Assembly: GCA_964016885.1 (NCBI GenBank)
Contig: OZ024741.1
Span: forward strand, 310,496,001-310,560,000
Reading direction: 5' to 3'
Source of the DNA: Eledone cirrhosa
Lineage: Eukaryota
Length of the DNA: 64,000 nt
The notes under the pieces are model-generated. The model saw only the letters and a program-made list of their open reading frames with translations, was not told where the DNA came from and did no database searches. A program made the translations under genes and the position numbers. This document shows, piece by piece, positions 37,751-47,617 of the stretch. Each line of letters opens with the position of its first letter. The stretch's first letter is position 1.

Positions 37751-38349
37751 TACATTGGATAATGTGTAAGCATTTTGACCTGCCCCATCAAAAGAATTGG
37801 TGGGAGCATCAACCACCTCCCATACTTGAAAAAGATCACATCTCAATCTTGTGGAACTTTAGCATCCAAACAGACCGAAAAATAGATGCAAATAGACCTG
37901 ATATAATATTGAAGGACTTTAAAAAGAGGGTATGCCTGCTAATTGATATGTCTGTTCCAATAGACAAGAATGTATCTATAAAAACATTTGAAAAATTGAG
38001 CAAGTATAAGGACCTGGAGATAGAAATTGGAAAAAGGTGGAAATTGAGAACTAAAACAATACCAGTGGTTGTAGGCGCTCTGGGAATGATACCTAAGGGG
38101 TCTAATGATTACTTATCGCAAATCCCAGGAAACCCGCGTATAGGAGAAATACAAAAGATAGTACTAATGGGAACTGCCCATATACTAAGGAAGATTGTGT
38201 CAATATAAGTACATCACAAGTCTAAACACTAAAGATGCATGTGTGAGTATGTATGTTCTTTCTTGAACATGGCGGACCTTGTCTCTTGAGGTCACTGGTT
38301 GTGACTTGGTGATAACTCGTATGAACATAAAGCAAGATAAATGCAACTG
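37751..38349 (+). mobile_element. Family B RLE element 3' fragment on + strand with (TAA)n tail
   Basis: ORF 37762..38208 near-identical to the family B C-terminus; followed by TAA repeats 38350-38381. Confidence 0.92.
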
Positions 38350-38381
38350 TAAATTATAATAATAATAATAATAATTATAAT

Positions 38382-38945
38382 ACATTTTTAATTGAAATAC
38401 CATTAAAATTTCTTACTCTTCAACTCCTAAAATTCTACATAACATCACTGCTTCAAATTTAGCTAAATAACCTAGCTGTAGGAACACGTGCAACCCTGTA
38501 GCTAGTACTAACTGTAATTGTAGGAATCGGGTTGACTGCCCCCTCTCCGGGAAATGCCTCTCGTGTAACATTGTCTACAACTGTAAGGTCCAGAGACCCA
38601 CGTTCCGTAGGGCCTACATCGGATTAACTCCTAAGTGATTCCAGCAGCGTCTTTACATGCACACCCATTCTTTTCTTAACCGTTTAAGAAGGAACATGAC
38701 GTCACTTTTAGCTTATATCTGGAGTCTAAAAGCAACCACACAGAATATAGGTTACACTGGGAGATCGTAGCTGAGGCTAGATCGTATAATGGAAATAAAA
38801 GACCATGCGATCTTTGCGCCACTGAAGACCTGGAAATACTCTACGCCAATGACCACATCTTAAACAAAAAATATGAGGCAATTTCGGCTTGTAAACACAA
38901 ATTGCATAAATCTTTCCTGTATTACAGCCCCACATTATACCTTAA
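38382..38945 (+). pseudogene. Decayed Penelope-like element GIY-YIG endonuclease fragment
   Basis: Manual translation: NTIKISYSSTPKI..CNCRNRVDCPLSGKCLSCNIVYNCKV..YIGLTPK*FQQRLYMH..LLAYIWSLK / LHWEIVAEARSYNGNKRPCDLCATED..ILNKKYEAISACKHK; not in the ORF track. Confidence 0.8.
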
Positions 38946-39952
38946 CGAATCGTACGAACAATACACGGATAATTTCGTCTTGATGTGGTAGCTAAGTATA
39001 TTTTATGTTTATACCATTACTTATTTGTATAGGTAAGTGTATATTACCTGTATGTTTTGCGAAGGTACGTATACTTACTCGTACGTATATTTGCTTGTAT
39101 TTGGTATAGGTGTATATATTATATTATATATACTGGTACACGTGTATATGGTTATGTGTATATGTGTATTTTGTGTTTGTGTGCGTATGCGGGTTTGCAC
39201 GTATGTAAGGTGTTTAAGTGTACTTTGTGTTTTGGTTGACGTGCGTTTAGTGAACATATATGTATTTACCTGTAGGAATGTGTGTGCGTGCGTTATATAC
39301 GTATTTATGTGTGTATATTTATATACGTTTATATAATTATATGAATACACGCACACATACACATATCTATTTTTTCATGTGTATTTGGTGTATACGTTCG
39401 TATGTGAGCGGGTACAGGTATCGCGTAGGTTTTTGCATGTGTGCGCGTGTTTATGTGTACGTGCTTGTATATGCATACCATGGCGGGTATTTTCGCGTAT
39501 GCATGGGTATGTACGTATATGGATGCGTGTATGTATATATTTAATTATTGTTGATTTCAATAACCTCTGTTATTTTCGTTCTACAAATTTATTTACATTA
39601 TTCTTAACTCTGAAGCCGAGAATCATTCGGTTTCCTAAATAGAATATTAGACTACGACTTCATTTATACCATAAACGTGGTTTTGTCTTTGCGTGTAATT
39701 GTTCTCTCGTTCCACATAATGACGTATTATCTTCGCTTTTTTCCGTTCATTGCCAGGGAATGTCTACACGAACCTAGGTATCGTCTTCCTGTTTTCCTTC
39801 GGTTGCACCGTTTTTCGGAATATTTACTTCTGCGTCCACAGAATGATTTTTTTTGTTTAAGAAAATCCCGTTAAGGGTGAAAGCAGCGATTCTTTGCTTA
39901 AACTTTAATCTGTTATTTTAATAAATAATTAATATATATATATATTATATTT

Positions 39953-40321
39953 ATGTAATAAACAACATAAGGCAATTATTTCAGTGGTTTCTTGAAAGCA
40001 AACAAATTTTGCTTTCAATCATCAGAATGAAAATATCCTGGTGTATTTATTGACATTGGATTTTAAAATCAAAAATATAATCTATATGAAAGTGAGGCTG
40101 GAAAAGGAAGAAGGAAAGAAAAAATAAACACACATGCACACACACACACACAATTACATACACACATATATACATACATATACACATATATATATATATA
40201 CAAACATACACATGTACATACACGTGCAAATACATATACATATACATATACATACACACACACATATATATCAACATATCCATACATACACATACACACA
40301 AATACACACACACACACACAC

Positions 40322-40381
<60 letters not shown>

Positions 40382-40741
40382 GCATATATATATATACATA
40401 CACATAATCATACATATATACACACGTACATAACCACCCATAGATACACACATATATACACGCATACATACGCATACACAAATATAGATATATGTACACA
40501 CACCTACATACGCACAAACACAATTAATTATAAGAAAAAATATATTAATAAAAATACCGTGACATAAGAATAAAAATAAATGTAAAAATTATTATAAAGT
40601 TGACAGCGATACAGGCAACAAATAAATGAACAAACACACGTGGTAGGCAATAAACACAATTGCACATACACATACATACATAAAAATAAATACACACACA
40701 CTCACATACACATACATATACACATACATACACATATACAT

Positions 40742-40772
<31 letters not shown>

Positions 40773-40890
40773 CACATATATATATATACATACATATACA
40801 CACATACATATATATACATACACACACATGTATGTGTGTAAAACTCATTCTTAGATGTATTCATTGAACCTTGTTTAACTCTTAAATATA
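39953..40890 (-). repeat. Non-coding microsatellite-rich interspersed repeat, copy 1 (inverted relative to 43815-44992)
   Basis: Shares unique blocks TTTAAGAGTTAAACA(A/G)GGTTCAATGAATACATCTAAG and TTCCAGCCTCACTTTC...CTGATGA...GCCTTATGTTGTTTATTAC with copy 2. Confidence 0.85.
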
Positions 40891-40898
40891 TATATATA

Positions 40899-40941
<43 letters not shown>

Positions 40942-41211
40942 ACCATACAAATACACACATATATACATACATATACATACATATACATATATATATACAT
41001 ATAGGAAAAAGTATGACCCCAACGGCAGAGGTCAAGCCGTGTCTGAGGCTATTATATATATACACACATAAACAAATATATAAAAATACACATATACACA
41101 CACCCACACATATCTACAAAAAGTACCGTCACCATCTTAATAAAATTACACACACACAAATATAAACACACACACAGACCCCCCCCCCCCACATATATAT
41201 ATATATATATA

Positions 41212-41751
41212 TATATGAAAGACGTAAATAAGAAAGTTATGAAAATTGACTTACTAAAATTTCACTCCAACTAATTAGTTTCTGTAAGGGGATAAATATG
41301 GTTATGGCGTGTACCCATAGAGAAGCCTTACGTCATCAGGGAGTCTATTCTCAGCTAAGCTTCCAGGCAATGCGGGGACACTGGGAACTTATATAAAAAT
41401 AATTCAGTGGATGGAAAAAAGCGAGCGGGGCTAGATCCCAAGACATTGAAAAATTCACTGCCTACTTGGTCAAGTGGCAAATTCAAAAGAATCAATCACG
41501 TGACACTGAGGTTAATCAGCTAGGAGTGGGGGTGCTATTAAGACAGAGCCTAGCCACCACTATTAATCACAGTAGTAATTTCGGCTAATTTTGCTCAACA
41601 AATAATTTGGAGATAATTATAAAGAATTAATATATCTACCGACATATGTATACAGATGCATACCTACGCTAGCAAATATATATGTTTTGTCTTAGTAACT
41701 TTGTGGTTCTATGCAAGGGGATGCAGAACAATTATATGAAAGACGTAAATA
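41212..41751 (-). mobile_element. Putative non-autonomous Penelope-derived/retrozyme-like element with 19-bp terminal direct repeats
   Basis: TATATGAAAGACGTAAATA at 41212-41230 and 41733-41751; internal hammerhead motif; embedded in (TA)n. Confidence 0.55.
41264..41344 (-). ncRNA. Type I hammerhead ribozyme motif
   Basis: Sense ACUCC-CUGAUGA-cGUAAGG...CCUUACa-GAAAC-UAAUUA-GUU-GGAGU; stems I and II pair, stem III is palindromic. Confidence 0.7.
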
Positions 41752-41871
41752 CATACACACACAAATACAACAGTAGCATATAAATTACATTTATATTCAC
41801 ACGAACATATACATACAGATATATATAATTATATATACACATACATATACATAAATATATATATATAATAA

Positions 41872-41941
<70 letters not shown>

Positions 41942-42027
41942 AAACATTGAACGGGAACAAAACAGAGAGGCAGTACGAACAAATGTTTATTAGTTTCACG
42001 CTCTTGAGAGTGGGGTGGTAGTGGGGA

Positions 42028-42060
42028 ACGACGTTTCGGGCATAAGCCCTTCTTCAGGTG
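42028..42060 (-). ncRNA. Minimal/degenerate hammerhead-like motif
   Basis: CUGAAGA-a-GGGC-uuau-GCCC-GAAAC-GUC; stem I only ~2 bp. Confidence 0.4.
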
Positions 42061-42199
42061 AAAAGTGTGTGGGAAGAGAGTTCCAAGGGTGTGTAGGGGA
42101 GTAGTAGAGAGACATATAGAAAAAAGGGGGTGAGAGGAAACGGTACAAATGAAATTAAATATAAAAGCATAATAAAAATAAAAATAAACATGAAGTAAA

Positions 42200-43405
42200 A
42201 CAGGTGGTGGAAGGGTGTGGGGCGTGTAGGTGTGGTGGCGGGTGGAGTGGGGAGAGGGAGGCGGGGTGTGCAAACGGGGAGGGCTGAAGGTGGTGTGTGT
42301 GTGAAGGTGTAAGTGTGTGTGTGTGTGTGTGTGTAGGTGTACGTGTGTGTGTGTGTGTGTAGGTGTACGTGTGTGTCTGTGTGTGTGTGTGTGAAAGTAA
42401 GAGTTGGGGGAAGAACGGGGTTGCCTGTTCAGGAAGAGGTGTGTGTGGGGTGGGGTGTAGGTCGGTGTGTGTGTGCATGTGTAGATGGGGAGGGGTCAGT
42501 GGGGGGGGGGAGGATTCCGGAAGCTGAGTGTGTAAATATGTGGTGGTACGCACGTGTGTGTGGTGTTTATGCGTGTTGTGGATGTAGGTGGCGTGTAGGA
42601 AAATTTTTTTTTTTAGTGTATGTCAGTGGGTGAGTCCTTAAGGTAGTTCCGTAGAGGATGTGGTGGAATGCTGGGTAATATCCTTGGGATGTGGTGGATT
42701 CTAGGGATCGATGTCCAATATGTGTAATCCGAAGTTGGGTTGGTCGGAAGAGAGGAGATGTAGGGTGCGCGCGCAACAGGAAGTGGTCAGTGGGTCAAGG
42801 CAGGAGGAGGGTTGTGTGTCTGTGAGTGCGGGGAGGTGGTCAGAGAAAGGGCATAGCAGCAGTCGGGTAGAATGGTAAGTGAAGAAAGTCGGTGTGTCAG
42901 TGTGTGCGGAGGTGCGGTGGACAGGGGAGAGGACGGGTAGGTGTGAAAGTTGGAGTGAGGAGGGGGTGTATGTGTGTATTAGTAGAGGTGTTAGTGGGAT
43001 GTGTGTGTGTGTGAGAAAGGGTGTGTGTGGAGCGGGGAGAGAAGGGTGTGGGGCCAGTGGAGGGAGTGTAGTGTACTGGTGTGTGTGTGCGTGTTTGGAT
43101 GAGTGTGTGTGTGGTGAAGGGAGTGTTAGTAGGTGTTAGTTTACTGGTGGTGGGGAAAGGGTTGGATGCGGGTGTGAGTGGGGGTCAGTGGTGGTAGGTT
43201 GTGTAGAGTGGGTGGTGTAAGTGGGTGTGTGTGTTCGTGTGCGTAGGGTTGGGGGTGGTAGTGATGTTAGTTGCGTGTAAAGTGGGGGTGTAAGTGGGTG
43301 GGTGTGTTCGTGTGCGTGGGGTCGGGGGGTGTTAGTGATGTTAGTTGCGGGGTGGTGGGATGGATGTATGGGGGTGAGGGTTAGTGGTGGTAGTAGGGTG
43401 TGTGT
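42200..43405 (+). repeat. G/T-rich low-complexity tract with (GT)n and an imperfect ~73-bp tandem duplication
   Basis: Strong G+T skew on +; GTAAGTGGGTG...GTGATGTTAGTTGCG occurs twice at ~43217-43349. Confidence 0.75.
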
Positions 43406-43757
43406 TTAGTGTGAGCGCGTGTATATATGTACAGGTGGGTGTGTGCGTATATATATATACATATACGCAACACCCACACACAGAAATAAATATCTAAAAA
43501 TAAAAAAGGTGGGTATGTTAAGGGTAAAGGGTAAATAAATACATAGGAATACAAAGAAATACAAAGGAAAATAAATACATTGGAAAAGGTTTAAATACAA
43601 GGGGAGATAAGGGAGAAAAAGAATATAAGAGTACAGAAAGTGAGTTCAGAAGGTTAAAAAATCGGAATATAAAAAACTATTTGTTTACCCCTTTCACCTT
43701 TTTATATTAATATATATATAATATTTATGTATTTTCATATATATATATGTGTGTGTG

Positions 43758-43821
<64 letters not shown>

Positions 43822-43939
43822 AGAGTTAAACAGGGTTCAATGAATACATCTAAGAATGAGTTTTACACACATACATGTGTGTGTGTATGTATTTATATGT
43901 ATGTGTATGTGTATATGTATGTATATATATGTGTATATA

Positions 43940-44184
43940 TATATTATCAAGAAAACGAAATATCAGTGATTCATCTGGACTTAGTTTATTTCGTATTACA
44001 AATGTTTCGCCGGCATGTAGCTCGAGTATGTAGCACGTCTGTTATGTCCTGAGCAAATTTGCTCCGGACATAACAGACGTGTCTGAAAGAACCCGTAGAA
44101 GTAGAATCAGCCAGATCCATACAAGGACCATGAAATAAACCAAGTCCAGATGCATCACTGATTTTTCATTTTCTTGATAATATA
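43940..44184. mobile_element. Foldback/MITE-like element in (TA)n
   Basis: Outer arms TATTATCAAGAAAACGAAATATCAGTGATTCATCTGGACTT / AAGTCCAGATGCATCACTGATTTTTCATTTTCTTGATAATA; central hairpin CACGTCTGTTATGTCC-TGAGCAAATTTGCTCC-GGACATAACAGACGTG. Confidence 0.7.
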
Positions 44185-44263
44185 TACACTCTATCTGATG
44201 AATATCGAGTGCTAATTTTGGCACACTGCCTACGGAAGCAACATAGCTACCACTATACACATA

Positions 44264-44320
<57 letters not shown>

Positions 44321-44905
44321 GTGTGTGTGTGTGTATGTATATGTGTTTGTGTATGTATGTGTATATGTATATGTATGTGTATGTGTGTGTATTTATTTTT
44401 ATGTATGTATCTGTATGTGCAATTGTGTGTGTGCGTATGTAGGTGTGTGTACATATATCTATATTTGTGTATACGTATGTATGCGTGTATATATATGTGT
44501 ATGTATGTGTTTGAATGTACGTGGGTATATATGTATGATTATGTGTGTATATATATATATAGATGTATATATATATATATGTGTGTGTGTGTGTTTGTGT
44601 ATTTGTGTGTATGTGTATGTATGGATACGTTGATATATATGTGTGTATGTATGTATATGTATATGTATGTGTATTTGTACGTGTATGTATATGTGTATGT
44701 ATGTATGTATATATATATATATGTGTGTGTATATGTATGTATATATATGTGTATGTATATATGTGTGTGTATGTAATTGTGTGTGTGTGTGTGTGTGTGT
44801 GCATGTGTGTTTATTTTTCCTTTCCTTCTTCCTTTTCCAGCCTCACTTTCAAATAGATTATATTTTTGTTTTTAAAATCCAATGTCAATAAATACACCAT
44901 GATGT

Positions 44906-44966
44906 TTTCATTCTGATGATTGAAAGCAAAATTTGTTTGCTTTTAAGAAACCACTGGTAAATGAAA
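44906..44966 (+). ncRNA. Type I hammerhead ribozyme motif
   Basis: UUUCAUU-CUGAUGA-UUGAAAGCAAA/UUUGCUUUUAA-GAAA-CC-ACU-G-GUA-AAUGAAA: 7-bp stem I, 11-bp stem II, short stem III; predicted cleavage after 44959. Confidence 0.75.
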
Positions 44967-45096
44967 TAATTGCCTTATGTTGTTTATTACATAACTATTA
45001 AGCTCTGTAACCTACATAGAGCACTCTTTTTTCCTGGACCTTTCCGAGGGAATTACTTCATTCATACATATATATATTATATACACACACACACAC

Positions 45097-45179
<83 letters not shown>

Positions 45180-45212
45180 GTGTGTGTGTGAGTGTGTATG
45201 TGTGTGTTGTGA

Positions 45213-45335
45213 AGGCGTGTGGCTGAGATGTTAGAGAATTGGATTCGCAATCGTGGGGTTGTGAGGTCGATTCTCGGACCGGGCGCTGCGTTGTCCTTGA
45301 GCAAGACACTTTATTTTCACGATGCTCGTTCTACC
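45213..45335 (+). mobile_element. tRNA-derived SINE 5' fragment with CORE-like motif
   Basis: A-box-like TGGCTGAGATGTT, B-box-like GGTCGATTCTC, then GTCCTTGAGCAAGACACTT. Confidence 0.65.
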
Positions 45336-45429
45336 TGGAGTTGCCACCAATACATAGTATTAGCAATTGGAAAGACCAATGGAAACATTGTATCCTCGGT
45401 CCGATTTGATTAATGTCGATTATTCCTTC

Positions 45430-45520
<91 letters not shown>

Positions 45521-45618
45521 GTGCGCGTGCGTGTGCGTGCGCGCGCGCGCGTGTGTGTGTGTGTATGTGTGTGTGTGTGTGCGTTTCTGTATTTCTCTCT
45601 CTCTCTTCCTCTCTCTCT
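45430..45618. repeat. Compound (TA)n-(TG)n-(CG)n-(TC)n microsatellite
   Basis: Direct reading. Confidence 0.95.
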
Positions 45619-45849
45619 AAATTCATGCCAGTTAATGTACAATCTGCCTAACAAAAAATATGTCCCTTGTACGCAATACCATTAATTCACACCAACATAA
45701 AGTAAACCATGGTTTTGAGAACATCTGTCAATATGAAGAGGATAACGTTCTCAAAAGAAACAATTCTGTCAGTACATACAACTGTTACATAATGTCGTAC
45801 CTTGTACTCTCTAATTATGATTAACATACACTTAAGACTTTCAACATTG

Positions 45850-46345
45850 ATACGAATATTGGAATATCTGATGAAACCTAAGAACTAACACATGAACAAA
45901 TTGTTTCACACACATTAAATTCCCTATACAGAGCCAGAAAATACATCAATCCCGCTCAATTTCTAACACTCTACAAGGTTCAACATAAACCCACATTAGA
46001 CTACAGCTCAAATCTCCACAACAATGCTATAGCTACTCACAATCACTATTGAGCAAATCAGAAAAGACAGTCATATACTTGTCGTCTGTTATTCTTCGTT
46101 CTATTTACATCATTAGTATAATGATCTGTTGCTCTGTGTGTAGATATTTGCATAACTTTTTCACCTTATGCGTATTCATCGTATCCTAGCCAACTCTCAT
46201 ACTTTTTCTTCTTAACATTGTTCTCTCCCCATTCAAGGATTCCCACAATCCATCCTGTCCAAAGCAATGCCCGTCTAGTTTTATTTCCCGGCTCATGTTT
46301 TTAACAATGATTTACAGATGTTCAACTTGAACATCAAACAAGACA
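45850..46345 (+). mobile_element. Ancient CR1/L2-group LINE RT C-terminal fragment
   Basis: Manual translation from ~45915: LNSLYRARKYINPAQFLTLYKVQHKPTLDYSSNL, resembling L.RA...L..LYKA..RP.LEY.S in RT thumb regions. Confidence 0.55.
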
Positions 46346-47521
46346 TTCAGACGAGAGTGTCATGTGGGATTTCTCTCTGATTTTCACAATCTTTTAAAGA
46401 AAAAGATGTGAAAATCTGATCCTCAACTTTTTTATTATTGTTTAATGAATTTAAATTTTTGATAGTTTCCATTATTAATATTATAAATATAGAAAGAGAA
46501 ATGCGACACATTTAAGTTGCAAGTAACCCTTCCTTTGATATCTGTAGATCATCCAGCTGGAAAACTGTAGTAGACTACTTTCTTCTACCGAAGGCCTGTA
46601 ATGATTTGAAAGAAAAAATGAGTTAAAAATAAGCCCCAACAGAAAATATAGTCTTTTAAAACGTCGCGTACATAGTCTTTTATAAAATATAGTCTTTTAA
46701 AACGTCGCGTACATAGTATAGTTCTACTTTGTCTAGTTAAAAATATATAATGGGAGATATTTTATCTTTGCCCTCCTTGAAAGTCAGTGGAAGTATACGG
46801 TAGAAGATGATCCTGAAAGGAACACGGCAAGCTATCATGTTATTCTCACACTGAACCAAAAATGTTCATTCATGTGAAATACGTTAATTGTACCCAATAA
46901 TAACATTTGGGTCTTAAATAGGGTGGCTAGACATCTGAGCAACTCACACAAATGTATAAAGAGATATACTATTTCAAATGGTACCACCACAAGAGATTTT
47001 ATCTCACTGATCTCGAGCCACATTTCGTTTCCCTTATGTGATTTATTGACAGATATATACAGATGTAGCTGAGGATGTCATGCTTATTCTAAGTAGTTAG
47101 TTACACGTTTGCAAGGCAACCAATGAAGTAGTCTCTCAAAAACTAAGAGAGGGTGTGATGTTAAGAAAGGAGAGATGGGTTAGGAAAAGAGAAAGAGGAA
47201 AAGTGAAAGTGAAAAAAAGTGAACAGAAAGAAATGAAGAAATGAGAAGCGAGCGTACGTAGAGAAGATTATAAAACAATGTTGTTTTAGCTAGTCGTATC
47301 TATTGTAGTCTATCCACGAATATTTCCTACTTTTTAAAAAACAGTAAAGATGTAAGATATTTCTGCATTTATTAGTGGACATAAGATTAATCGCTCAGTA
47401 TTTAAACAAACAACCTATTTTTCGAACAATTGTGTGTCTTGCAATTTTTTTTGAATTTACGTAAATTTAATTGAACAATGCCAACGCACGTAATTGACAA
47501 TAAACAATATACAAAAAGCCG

Positions 47522-47617
47522 GGATGGATGAATGGACGGATGGATGGACGGACAAATGGATGGAAGGACGCACGGGCCGACAGGGCAGACATATAGATAG
47601 ATTGGTAGATAGATATA
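47522..47617. repeat. Degenerate (GGAT)n/(GATA)n tract terminating the second array
   Basis: GGATGGATGAATGGACGGATGG...ATAGATAGATTGGTAGATAGATAT. Confidence 0.85.

Larger units (their letters stand above)
43815..44992 (+). repeat. Non-coding microsatellite-rich interspersed repeat, copy 2
   Basis: Reverse-complement match to 39953-40890; interrupted at ~43940-44255. Confidence 0.85.

Noticed and set aside
44190-44255. CTGATGA followed by a small hairpin
   Set aside because: No correctly placed GAAA/NUH or stem I; not a hammerhead as it stands.
39037-45685. Numerous ORFs of YIYI/CVCV/HTHT type
   Set aside because: Translations of stop-free (TA)n/(TG)n microsatellites; no coding evidence.
46643-46717. 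Direct repeat of AAAATATAGTCTTTTAAAACGTCGCGTACATAGT
   Set aside because: Two-copy local duplication with no further structure.
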